A stretch of 64,000 nt of DNA from Ascidiella aspersa (Eukaryota): NCBI GenBank assembly GCA_963924565.1, contig OZ004608.1, positions 13,330,001-13,394,000 of the forward strand. Direction: 5' to 3'. Both the position numbers and the translations under genes were made by a program. The notes beneath the pieces are model-generated. The model had not been told where the DNA came from. It saw only the letters and a list, made by a program, of their open reading frames with translations, and did not search any database. This document shows, piece by piece, positions 28,635 through 61,641 of this stretch; positions within the stretch are counted from its first letter, which is position 1, and the number at the start of each line of letters is the position of its first letter.

Positions 28635-31600
28635 GCTTATTTCGCCTGGCGCTTGACAACAGAACGAACCCGACGCTGTAAGCCGCGATGTTTTGGCGGA
28701 TGCTAAACATAAATTTCTCAGACCAAAAGACGGTTTTGTGGTGGCGGTGGATGTAACTGTTATTAAGCTAAAAACTTCGTGCCGTTACCGCGACGGGAGC
28801 GTTCTGTTACCGTGTTTATCTCTATCTTTTAAACCTATTAAGAGCTGCCAATTCGTGGCAATTGCATAATAACGTGGGTAACCTTCAGAGTGTTACAGGC
28901 AAGTTCTTGCCGAAAAACCTACCGACTGGCCACAAACTAAGAAGCTTACCCATTTTATTATTAAAGGTTTTCGTGGTCCATTTTTGCTTCATAGATATAT
29001 TGCGTTTTGTTTGCTTTTTTACATGAGCTTGAAAGATATATCGTTCAGGTGTAATGTCAGCAGTAATCGTAAGCTTATTTTATTACGCAACAAGTTCTTC
29101 AAAATTCCAACGTGGCAGATTTCTATAGGTGTAAAAAAGCAAGTAAAACTTGACGTTGATTCGTGCTTTTACATGCCTTGCAAGACGCTAAAGTTCCTTC
29201 CAATAAGTTACCAATAAATGTTTGCACCAAATTTTGTTGAACTACATGTTTATTCGTAAGTTCAGAACCAATGTTCCTGTTTTGTGTTCCTTTTGCCTTT
29301 ACATCACAATGCAATATTATGTGAATGCTCCAAAGAAGCATTTGTTTGCAACTATATTCATTATTTTCAATGATCAGCATTAGCAAATGCGAAACAACAC
29401 CTTGTTATGCCCCTGAGAAGGTGTATGGTATGAGCATTGTATTTTTTATTGTTCCAAGCTTTGCTGTGATATCTAGACTATTTCGTTTTTCGTCATTATT
29501 TAGCAGGCTGCTTCCTATTATTGCCCGTCTGGGTTACATGAAATTGTGTTTTCTCTGCGCCGTTGATCGGTGTTATTGTTGTTTTTTGTCGCTTTTGTCG
29601 CTTTTTGACTTGTCAACAAAAATAAAAAGAGACACAGACGTAAGTTTGTTGCTGCATTTTGCAGGTATATCTTGCAATATATCTAATGCGAAGGCGTGGG
29701 AAATTGCAATAGAAAAATAAGTTTATAAATACGTTAGATAACGACGTTCAGTAGTTTCCAACGTTTTTTTTTTCGAGACAACAGTCAGACGGAGTGGGTG
29801 GGTGTTTGTGCAGGACACCGGAACTGTTGTTCAGACGTTTGGTAAAATTCAGGTAGACTTGAGACGATTTAGTCATTTGACTGTTGGACTTTCCCAAAAG
29901 AAGCAGTGCTGCTAAAATGTCATCTTTGCAATTAGACAAAAGAATCAACAACAGGCTTTCCCCCGAAAATAAAACATTACATCACCGGAAAGTGTTGAGT
30001 AGGTGGACCGACTGGGCCGTAGGGTTTCTTCGGAATATACGCAAAGTGACAAATCTTTTGAGCGACATGTAAGTGACGATTTTCTTTTGTAACGGAAACC
30101 GCCCTCTCTACAGGACCGTTCACCACAACAACTTCTAGTGACTGGACAAGGCGTATTTGACTACGATAAATTGTTTATCATCTCTATAACCCTCATTAGG
30201 ACAAACAAGTTTGCCTGTTTAACACTGCGGTCTTCCCCAGTAATACTCTTTGAAATATCAAATGGCCGCCATTTTATATCTGAAGTCAGACGTTTAAATG
30301 TTATTTCAAACTCAACTGGGAGTATTAATCACCTTGGACAAGTACTACGTTGCAGACAAGCGATCTATGTATTATGTAGTCAAATAAATATAAAACTGAT
30401 TGAATAATCACAAAAAAATATTTCGTTTGAATCCACTGAGATGTGTCGACATTTCGCGTTGTCTGAAAAAGGTTTCGAAGCAACCGTTTAAGAGGGCTTT
30501 AATGAATTAACACAAAAATAATGTGCTTATAGTCGAAAAGTTTATGCTCCTTTCTGTAGATGATACCGCGCTATTGCTATACGGGTTAAAGTATTAGAAG
30601 TTCCTATTTCAAAATTTTACTATTTATCAATATGTATATAACATAGGCTACGATTTAGCAAAACAATAAATTTCTGTTTCAATCTCCAAGTAGGAAAGTG
30701 GTTATCGTTATATGACTAAAACATTTGTCATATATAAAACATTGTTAATTCGCATTTGAAATTAAAAGAACAGTAATATTTCGTACTGTTAAAAATGACA
30801 CAGAGAAAATGTGGACAGCGAAACGTTCGAAGTACAATTTTGTTTGAAGATTAATATTGAGAAAGTCATTCTGGAAACACTCTTTATATCACGTTTTCAC
30901 ATTCATCAGTCGGTGTAATACCAAACGATGTCGTAATCGTTTAGCAGTGCGTCAAGTAACCTACGTCTTTAATAACGAAATTACGGAATAATATTTGGCG
31001 CGGTGACAGGCTTGTTTGTAAACACTTTGTCCGTCGAACGATTTCAGTCGCGTGTTGTTCTCGACTCTACCGAGAGGCTATTGCCAATTGGGCCGCAGAC
31101 TGCAATTATCCTTGTTCCGACTAAACACTCTCGAGATATGTAATGACCAGCTTGATTGACATCATTACGTCACGATTCAAAGCGGCGTCCATGGTCGACG
31201 TGCAGAAACCACTTTTGCCTAATTGTTTTTAAGTAAACCGAAACATTTGAAAAGCGTTTTTGTAAAGAAGATCTTTCCAAATTGTAAGTCGCGACGGGTT
31301 TTATTAAGAGTTGCAATTGCTCAAGGTCAATTTGCACAAAGTGATTAACTTTGAAAATTCCTTTTGAAAATTCATTTTCCGACTTTCGATATTAAAAGGT
31401 TAAAACTAATGCAAGACACAATCCTCTCAAAACAACACTCCACCATACTTTTACAGAAGTTAACAATGATTAATACTTTGTTTTATCATTGTAAAACCCC
31501 AGGGTACCTGAAAGTTTTATTAAAATCGAAAGAGGTAGATTAACACAGATTAGGGGAAGCTCTGTTTGACAAGTAAGCTTTCGGTTGCAGCAAATTCAAG

Positions 31601-34600
31601 CATAAACTTAAATTGGAGGTTTACCTATGGGTTCAAGTAGCGCTATACAATAACTAAAAACTTATTTAAGCCATTGTGGATATTTTTTGCTTTTCTCTAC
31701 GGAACGAGTAGGCCCTACACGTAACTGCAACACTTTCACAGTAAAATAACCCAATTTCGATCTGTGTCAAATGCGTACGAAACATTACGGAAATTACTGC
31801 GCGAACCGTTTTGCCGCGAGCCCTTTCCGTTTCATGCAGGCGACACCTGAAAAACGTACTGGCAAACTGCACGCAATTACGTGGGCGAACCGGTACGCGA
31901 GTAGATAAAATTGTTGCAGGGGCACCGATCCTGTTTTCGTCGGTCGTCTACAAAAAAGAACCTGACTAAACCAGGCGCGTGAATCTTACGAAAAATATGT
32001 CATAGCGTGCAACCTACCTATTTCATGTAGCCCGCCTTGGTTCTGATGCCTTTGTGTGATTTTTACACATAATAAATAAGTCGTCGAATCGTTAGGCCGC
32101 TTGGATTGAATGTAAACAGTTGATTCACTTAATCTTAACGGCTTCCATTGTTTTCTCGGGATTAACATGCCTGAATAACTAACGTATGCTTTTTATATCT
32201 ATGTTATTTCCAATCCGCTACGGGAAATTTGTTTGTTTCGCCAACATATTCGCAAAAGAAAATCATGAAATCTGTAATCATGATTTTATAGATTTCGGTG
32301 AATCACGCTTCGCTATTGTTTAAAATATCTAATCTTGACCAACACCTTTTAAATATACATCGAGTGAAGTATTATCTTAATTAAAATCGAGAAAAAAGTT
32401 GGTGTAAAAAGCCAACTCATATAGTGACAAGAATATACACTACAAAAAATGACCAAAAAACAAAAAAAAACACCAAAAAAGTTATGTTTTCAGAATTCTT
32501 GTTGTGAATCCGATGACAAAGATTTCGTGTTTCTTTGGGCCATTCAGTCAGGGTAGGATTATAATTGCTGGTGTGCTGACGCCAAAGCTTTCCTACCGCA
32601 ACAATTTGATACCAGTCATTCGGGGAAGTTCGTGGTTTGGACAGGGCTTGAGTATGGCAATTGGTCATAGTTTGTTATAGCAAATTTTATTAATTTTTTT
32701 ATTCTTTCGTCACTTTGTCCACAACGAGGGTTTAATAAATATAGGTTCTCCAAATGCCTTTTGACTTACAGCCATGTAAGACAGATAAAAATATGACATT
32801 TGACCATTTGATATTTCGAATACTGTTTGTCATATGCGCTTCATGCATGTTGGTTTTTTGATTTAGTAAATTACAATCGACAATATATTTGCGTAACTAT
32901 GCCAAAAATACATGGAAATATTTTACCAAACATCCATCGTATCCAAACGATATGTGCCGTCGCTCTGCCTTAATTTGGAAATACTTCCCGAAATTCGACC
33001 GGCCGCTTTCAGACATTCGAACAAGTGTCCCACTTCAACAAAATTGCTGGTTGTGGAGCGACTCCTCTACAGATTGGTGTCTGTCAAGCGACTTTCAGTG
33101 CCGTTTAGCTTTTGCGCACTTGTGCAAACGGACAAAACGCAGTGACCACTTGCTGGTAGTTTTCCCCATTTTGCGTCACCAAAACAAAACAATCAGTGCG
33201 TTGGCAGTTTCGTGGAGCGAATGTTAGATTGCTGCAGTGGATTCATCCTATATAGGCCATCCTGTCGATTTTTGGTCGCATAATGTATTGTACGAATACT
33301 TTAAAGACAAAATAATTTTTTGTCGATTTTAAAGCAAATTGTCGTGTCTTTGCAAAAGATGCAAAATAATCAACTCTTCTAATTATATTCCAATAAGTGC
33401 CTGGCAATTAAAATGTATTTTGGTAAAGGCGGTGACGACTTGTCTGCCATGTCGTCTAGGACAAGGTTCTTTAATGGCGGGCTTTTCCAGAATTAATTGG
33501 ACAAGAAAGGTAAGCTATAAAATCAAAACTTCATTTATATTTTTTTCTTAATGTAAATCTTACTTTTGCTTCTTTTAGACTAAGACAATAAAAAGTAAGA
33601 TCCAAATAAACAATTTATAAAGTTTAATTTTACTCTAACCCAAGTTATTTTTCCTTCCGAGTCAGGTAAAAAAAAATGGTAAAACCGGTGATACGTTCCA
33701 GTTATTTACTTTCCGCAGATGTCATGTGGTGAGCACCGGTAGAATTTAAGCCATGCTATTTTTTGGCTAATAACCATGTTACACAGTTTCATTCGCGGAA
33801 CCAAAACCAAACCGCCTCTGCCTCTTATCGAGAGCCGATAAACCCAACTGTTACAACTGGCCGCGTGGCAGCCAGGAGCCGCTAGTAACGTGGATTAACC
33901 GGGAGTTTCTGATCTTTGGCACATGACACGATGATTACAAAGGAAATCACTTACAGGTGACCTGAAAAAAATTCGGCCCAACCGGTAGTTGCGCTTGGGC
34001 GTCGTGCGCAAAACAGAGCCTTGCGTCCGTTCGACTTGGCCAAGGCTAAATGCGAATCTGCCACTTTGGCCTCGTTTGGCGTTACGTTCTCCTCACGCAT
34101 AGATCGATGGCGGTCACGCAAATTACGCCGCCGCTGCGTGACTCCGCCGCCGGCGACGTCGCGTTTGTCTCTCAAGGATTCGCGATTACGGCGGTTTCCG
34201 GACGCGGTGCGCTGCGGTTGATCGCGAACATGTGCAGCTATATATAAAGACGCACAAGTATAAATAAATCGCGAAGCAATTGAAGCTAACCACTTGCTGT
34301 GAATATGCTTTTTTATAATAACGAGCATCTCACTTTTAATTGAAGATCACGATTTCGACCATTTTGCTTTCTGGCTATATTAAATTGTAAAGTTTTCGGC
34401 GGGCTTGGTTAATATATCTCGGTAAAAAACAACAATTACTTTTCCATTTTGTATTAAATAAATCTCCCGCAAACTTATGTTGTTTTAAAGACTTGCTGTT
34501 ATCATCTATAATACGCTATAGAAAGGATAAAACTAAAGACAGACACTTGGCTTTGTAGCAATATGAAAACAAAAGTGGTAATTTGTAAATGCAAACTAAC

Positions 34601-37600
34601 GATAATTGTTTGTTTTTCAAAATTGAAAAACTTTTCCGGCAAACTTGAGAATTTCTTGTGGCACTCTGGTGTGCAGCGGCATGCGAAGTAACGTTAAGCC
34701 CTTTCTCGCAACATTTTTCGTATTTTTCACGACCCAGAACATCAAATATGCCACACTTGCCACAGTAGGTATTATTAAAGATTTAAGAAAAAACACTGTA
34801 TCACCTTGTTTTGTGAAAGTCGGTAAAAATCTGGCAACAAGCGCCAATGTGCGCCGAGTTTAACGTTTTTACAACTAATGGTCTTCACTATTTGGATATC
34901 GAAAACTTATTGTTCGCAGGAGGAGAATTAGAAAAGGTTACGCGCGGTCGGCCAAGCTCTTCCAAACCGATACAGCCGGAAGGCGGGTTGCAGCAACGAA
35001 AGCCAGTAGCCTGGACCCGGGTGCAGACGATTCGGCCTCCGCCGCCCAAATTGGCACAAAACAATGGCGCCACTGGAAGATGGCCATCGCGCCAACAACA
35101 GCAGCAGCACGCCGCAGAGTTACCGCTTCGTCGCCCTAAAACTCAGGCGCGGTTTCGATGCAGCGCCAGAATAAAGACGCCGCCGTCGCGGTTACGCAAA
35201 TCTCCTGCACGTGTGCCCCCAGGCCGCTACGTCGAACAGACGGACCGGTTCGCCCGCCCGGGCTTAAATATAGCAGTGAGACGCTTGATGCGGTCTCTCG
35301 CCGTTTCGGCGTTCGCTGTCCGTTGAGCGGCCAAGGCCCCGAATCCTGGTGGCTGTTTGTTTTGCGTCGATCGGGAGGTTATTTTCGCGCCTTGCTCATG
35401 CTTGTCGCTTAACAGCGTTTAGCCTTTAAATCCAAGCGTTTTTACTTTTTCGTTTGCGTGGGAGTGCCGCGGAGTCGTACGGTTCCTATACCTTCTTATT
35501 TAAAACCATTTCAATTTTTAAGTTCGTTTGTTACTGAGTTGTTAAACTTTTTTATGATCAGCAAGTGTTATCAGAGAACAGCTATATGCCTATTTTTCTT
35601 TCAGTATTTGGATTGTCTTGTATCGTATCGAAAATTTTAAAAGAATTGCAAAAGAAAGATTAGGCTAAGTTACTAGGAAATCCTGAAATGTTTAAACTGA
35701 AAAATGATTACACGTGTAATTTATAAAATAAATAATTAAAGTTCGCCAGGTTAAAATTCGGTATTATCTGCAAAGTACTGCGTTACAAACCTCATCCAAA
35801 TCGCGGAGCTTTTAAAATATAAAATAAAACATTTTATACCTGATGTTCGTCAAAAGTTTGTAGTTTGGTAAAAGTTCTATCTTATAAACTACCGGGTTTT
35901 ATCATATTTTACTTTTCTTTTAGTCATGTAGTAATGATTATAGCTTTTGATCTCCGTTTATTAGTCAAGGTAATTCAAATATTAGGTCTCTTCCAAGTTT
36001 ACGACCAAATTCCTAATATTTAAAAAATACTTTTATAACGATTGATTGCCAAATTTTTGTGCGTCGCAGCAAAAGTAATTGGGTCCTTTTTGGGTTCAGA
36101 CCACAACAATTCACAAGCACTATAATAAGAAAAACCCTGTTTCCTTCATTCCTTTGTGCTTTGCAAAAATAGATTGACCAAAGCGAAGCGTTGTAATGGC
36201 CGCATTTAGGCTGAACCAATTTCGACGGATCGCGCACAATGGCACACATGTGTAACCTTTCCACGTGACGGTGATTGACAGCCCTCGACATAACCCCAAC
36301 AGGTCGACGTATGAAATGCTTGCCGACTGCAGTGAATTCAGTCATGGCTCGCGCAGACTGCAGCAAAGCTTTAACGTTGAAGGAATGCCCTTGAGTTCGT
36401 TTGAGAGACTTTCAAAAGGCGAAATTTTGCCAGCATTCCGGCGTTCCCTCTTTTCAGCTGCGGCAGCCCGGCGTACAACCGCCGCCCGGCGTTCAGGCTT
36501 TCAGGAGAAACGCACAGCGAAACTACACAGGCCGGCCACGCTGAGAGCGTTTACGACGTCGCCGGGCAATTCTCTTCAGGGTTTTATGCGGTTCTTTTGC
36601 TTGTCAAGCGACTTTCACCGCGCCACCGTGTGTGAACAACCCGAAATTTCGCGCGCCCCTTTTTACGGCGTTTTGCTCGAATTAATTCCGACATGAATCA
36701 TACGCATGGACAAAATCATAATCCAAGGAACCTTTCGATATTGCGCTTTGATGATGTCCACGTGAATTCTGTTGTAGCGAATGAGCGTTTATCACGTGTG
36801 GAGTGAAATTTTGTCAAGCGCTTATCTCAACTCAGCAATTAGGTATTTTTCAAGATGAAGGGTAATGACACGAATCTATAGGGTCTTGTATAGAAAGAAA
36901 ACATGAAATAATATTTTATTCTAATTTTTAAATGCCATAGGGAAAAAAATCGCATGATCCTGAGAATGGCGTCCCTGCTAACTTGACACATCCTACCAGA
37001 AGCGGCAATAAACTAATCCTTTCGCCTTATGGAATCTAAAGTAGCACTGTTTATGTCTAATTTATTTCCTTTTTACTAATTTAATAATGTGTGTGCAAAA
37101 CTTCCAAAGAGGGATACCAATTGCCTAAAAATAGATTTTCAGCCACACCTGAAGTGTAAACACGTCAGGCCAAATGCGTAGTAACATGTTGTTGAACATA
37201 AATAGAGCTTATAGATGCAGTTTCACGAAGAACAAAGCTTAAACACATCAAATATGTAAACAACATGAGTTGTTTAGCCAACCTAATGTAAATACTAAAA
37301 GCTGTACGAATAGGCAAAAATGCAGAACTTCGCAATGGTAGCAATACAAAACGCATTAGTTTAACGTCACTGCCAAATACACGCTGTGACTTGCAATTAC
37401 TCTATATCGCCCTTGTGCGGCGGTAGTTTCTTTGTTAAGTCCTATTAAATAGGATAACCAGGTTATGTAACCTGCGACTAAAACTTTTGACCCTGGTCAG
37501 AAATAGATAAAAGTATTTATGTATGTCTATAAATTAAAAATAATATTATATAAACATATACACCTACTTATATGGTCAGCTTTTATTTTGATAAGCGTTT

Positions 37601-40390
37601 ACGGCGGCCCACTGAAAGGGCCCGATGGAGAATTGTTTGTATATCGCCTTGATAAACAAGGTAACGGAAACAGTGGCCAAGTATGCACAATTACCGGCCA
37701 CTCTGCATACAAACACTTAAAATCAAACGCAGGCATTTTGCCGGCTAAATTGCTTGCATTAGGCAACCGGCAGAAAAGACACGATGCCTTTCTCTTGCCG
37801 GCGATTATCCCAACAGAACCTGTTGACGCTGAGGGCCTAATTGGTTCGCCGGTTTGACCCGCGAGGGGCGATGGTAGAGTTGAACCTTAAACGCTGTAAG
37901 GTTGGGAACAAAGCAACTAGGTCGATCAAAGCTAATATATAGAAAGTCAACTGAAAATACAATTCACAGGAAACAGTAGCTTTTTTAACGAAGCACACAT
38001 TTTCAGTTTGTGTCAATACATTTTTTTAAGTACCTGGTCATTTAACGTTTTATAGACGTGTTGTGTTATGCATGTAATTATTTTCCGTGACAACGAAATT
38101 ACTCTTCAACTAGCTGTATTCACGCAAGGTTCCATAATATACGATAAATTTGCGTCATTTGGGTTGCAAATATGAAATAGTCAAGGCGCCATTTAAGTTA
38201 GACAACTAAAAACCGTGTTTTATACCTCGCGTTTTTATATCTAGTTTATTTGGTTGGGTATTATTAGGAATTCTGTAACTCACAAATATTTATTTCGGGA
38301 ACTTAACAAAATGTAAATTAGGATTTGCCAAAAAAAGAAAGTTATTATTTAACGTGCAATGATTTAGATAGCAATTGAAGAGTCAAGATGAGTTGTGGGA
38401 ATCGTCGCAATGGCGGCGCCAGATTCAATACCTTCGAAAGCGTAGGAAAACCCATGCAAAACCGCCGCAGTTTTTCCGATGTCATCGTAATCAAACAGCG
38501 ACAAAACCTTGACCGGCGCCCCTGTGCAGCGAAAGCGCACACACGAACTCGGGCGACGAAAGTTGTCAAAATAAACTTGATGTTTTCTTTGTCGGCTCTT
38601 GGATTCCGGCGCCAGCCGATCGTGTTGACATGGGGCGGCGTTTTGTTCGGCCGGCCGGAAGATTTGAGTTTTTGCCGGGCCAGGGAGAATTGGTTCCGAA
38701 TGCGCCGGTCGACGCTTTTGTGTTTTCACAAGAGCGAAGCGCGGCAGGGCCGGTGATTCTGCCGCTCCGGATTATGCAAGTTATCCGGTTTGATTGTTGC
38801 GGCTGCGAATTGGCGTGTTGACTTTGGAGTGGCGGATGGTGAGAAAGGGAATTCTGCCGAATGCAAAATGCGGCCAAATGTGCTTCCATGTGTTTTTCTT
38901 GGAAATTATCACAAATAAACAATGCCGAGCGATTTTGCCTGTCTTAGGAACTTTGTTGGTGAGGATAAAATCCTTCGAGATTCTAAAAAAAATTCAATTC
39001 TCTGACAATAAAAAATCATCGTTATGTGCATATAACTAATCCATATTCTAACAACATTTTCAGTTATTTCGCCAGCTTAACGCTATAGTCAGCACGGTAT
39101 TGGTATAGCTACATTTGGATTGTTTCGAATGGAATTCAGTAATAGTGAATACTTTATTTGTTGTTATATCATTACATGCCAGAATCAATTCATTTTTGTT
39201 TAACAAATGACTCTCACTATATCAAAAGATAAAAAATTAAAAACATATAAATTTTTGACGAGGTTGTTAATTGTCGCGCGACAGAATACACACACTGATT
39301 GAGTCCTGAATGAATTAAACAATATAGTGGGAGATTTTCAAACGGTGAAGCAAGTGTTTGTCTACAAGTCAACTTTTAACAAAATGTTTACACTTTCGTA
39401 TACTCCAGTTGGCTTTTCCAAGAAAATGAGAGTGTATTGTTACTGTGCCACGGCACATCAGTGTGTTTCGAAAAGAAAGCTGTCATGCCTACTCTGGATT
39501 CGAACCGTTAACAATGGAAGATTCGCTAACTAGGCCTATATATTAATTTGGATGCATTTTATTGAGCTTCTCAGGAATAGGCTACATTGTGTCTTTTTAA
39601 TTTGAACATGACATCAAGAGTCTAACGGCCCTCCTCAAATTACACCATCAACTAGATTACCAATGGCATTGATCGCGTTTTTCTTATTTATTTTCATTCT
39701 TCCTTTTATTGTGGTCATAGTTGACACCGTGTGGACTAAAATTTAACCAAATGCAAACATTTGGTTTACGCCTCGCGCGAACGCTTTACTGCCTTATTCT
39801 TAAGGATATTTAGACCCATTTTCAACTGCAAACACCTAGGTTCGTCCTTAATTAATAGTCGTTACAGTTTTTATAATAAAATATTTGAAGCAGTTTACAA
39901 ATTTTAACAACAAATTGAGATTTAAAATTTAAAGGCCGACATATTCTTTTCTGGGTTGTTTTTGACTAGGAAAATGGTTGCCCAGTGCCCACCACTCAGC
40001 TAAATCAAACACACACACACAAAAATACAATAGATATTTATTTTGCGCGGAAACGAATTGGTAAAGCCCTTTGATTTTGTTTGTCAATATTGGAAATAGT
40101 AATTTTTAAAACCATTGATATTTGTCTCCACCTAACGGTGTTTATTTTTCGTAAAACAATCAAATATTATCCGCTGCTTTGCCTTCAAAAGAATGGGTAC
40201 AAGATTAATGTGGTTCGTAAACTAAGCTAAGATGATATTCTAAGTGTTATTTTTTAGGTTTAATAATTGGTATTTTGGTAAGATACTGAATTTAAATATT
40301 TTCTAAACTGATACCATACTAAACGATTTTTAAAAATCGTGTTGTAAAACAGGTTTTCTAAAAATGGTGATAAACTGCTTTAAAAATGGT

Positions 40391-41198
40391 TGACTTGGAC
40401 AACTAGATACTAGACTTGGACAAACTAGATTTGTGATTAGAATTAAAATTAGAGCATTTCATTTTTTTCAAATTAGATTAGAATTAGATCAATTTGAGTT
40501 TTCTTAAATTAGATTAGAATTACCGAATTCGTAAAAAAACGAATTTGAACTTGAATTACATTTGAATATTCTCACTCAATGTCAGTACATCGAAAAGTAT
40601 TCTATTATGAATGTGAATGGTAAATATATGTGTGCTAATTTTGATGCCTTTTTATCATAGCATATGCTTTGCAGACTGTGAAAATTACGTTCCAACCAGA
40701 GTTTGAAATAATTTTTTTTGTTTTGACTAAAAGTACCAAAAAAAAGATTTTTGGTAAAATCCGAATTAGATTAAAATAAGAGCTCACAAACAATTCACCA
40801 ATTAGATTAGATTTGGCCGCTTTTTGCTCAAATTCAGTGCTTCTCAACCTATGGGTCGCTCTTTGATTTGGTTGGGTCACCGACGGCAGTAGTTCATATG
40901 TTTATTGAGATTGGTTCTGAGGAATATTTCTCAATTAAGAAAACTTAAGGAAGCAATACAAGTAATGTCCTATAATTATTTATTAAAATTCAAAATTCTT
41001 TATACTAACGCCTATTTTTTGTTCGCTTACAAGAAGCTAGTTTTTATTTCGCTTACAGAAAAAAAAAAAAAAATTGGGTCGCCAAGGCTTAGTCGTCATA
41101 CTTGCGCATGACATTTGGGTCGCCGCGAAAAAAGGTTGAGAAGCACTGCTCTAATTCGTTGAATTAGAAAACTAGAATTATCTAGTTGTCCAAGTCTG
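40391..41198. mobile_element. MITE with GAATTAG repeats, host to a nested hAT MITE
   Basis: TIR GACTTGGACAACTAGATA / TATCTAGTTGTCCAAGTC; the left terminus is duplicated. Confidence 0.75.
40835..41148. mobile_element. hAT/Charlie-like MITE (nested)
   Basis: TIR CAGTGCTTCTCAACC / GGTTGAGAAGCACTG; TSD CTCAAATT/CTCTAATT. Confidence 0.88.
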
Positions 41199-42425
41199 GT
41201 TGCCACTGTAGGAAATGCATCGTAAATTTTTCTCATTCAGCAGCTTTAACGTCTTTTTCAACATTTTAATGTGTTTTATGGTGCTAACCGAAGACACTAC
41301 TCAGAGTGAATCGAAACAGTTTATCCTTTTTAGGACGTTTTATTGTGCTTCAGAACCCGTACAGTGTATTTTAAAGAATACCAGTAGAAAACCACATCAC
41401 TGTATTTTAAAATACAAACGAACACTTGAGGCAAAATGATCTCAAGCTAACACACAGTGACAAATGATCTGCTGTGAAAGATATGGCCACGCCAGCAGAA
41501 AAAAGCATCCGATGACAGAACACATTTTGTAGGTAGACTATTTTAGTAGGTACGGAAATGCTATTCAGTGAGTACTGCTTTATATTTAAGTACCCATTTT
41601 ATTTAGGATAAACAAACGTAGTCCGTTAATTCTCGACAGGACAGACGGACAAAAGAAAACAAAAGTAATGCAACCCGCGGGCTGTAAAACATAAAATACC
41701 TTGATGTCTCGACAGCAAAACATGTATTCAAAGAAACAAGACCATTAAAAAAGGCAAATTCGGGTGGCTGCCAGAATAAAGCGACAAAATAATTTAAACA
41801 AAAAACAGCACAAAGATATTAAGCGTAAGCTGATTTTAACGAAATCAATGGACAACGACGAAATGAAAAAAATATCGGCGGTTATCTTTGAGTACAGTAA
41901 AAGAATGGCGTAAGGCAAATGGCAACATATACGACAGAGCTTAAGCAGAGACAGACGTTTTTTAATACAGTACGCTGTTTCAGTCTACTTTCAGTAAATA
42001 AAACTAAAGAAAAAATTAGGCTAAAAAATTACTTGATTTCAGCTGATGTACCGGATATTCTATATTGATTATTATTTATTCCGTTTTTTAACAGGCATAA
42101 GGTTTGTTTTTTTTGTTCCGGATGTGTTTCAGTTATTAGCCCGTGTAGTGCGTCGTACGGTAAATATGACAAACATTTGTTTGTTTTAAACTGACTACGG
42201 CGACGTGGTAAACTTAAAAATAAAGTATTATTAATTTTAATGTAGAAAATATGTCGTACACTTAAACATGCTTTCGAAAATATTCCGTTTGGCTTAATAA
42301 AAAAACAAGAGTAGTTTATACTACAAAAAGTACTTTTAATTTCAAGGTTGAACATATTTTAGTGTAACTTATGATGTCCTATACCTCAATTATGCCAAAA
42401 TAAAACTGACAATTTATTATAGAAG

Positions 42426-61641
<19,216 letters not shown>

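Noticed and set aside
34847-35326. 159-aa ORF, and similar ORFs at 36265-36696 and 38364-38922
   Set aside because: Most start at non-ATG codons, none has a recognisable domain, and they overlap on both strands as expected in stop-poor GC-rich DNA.
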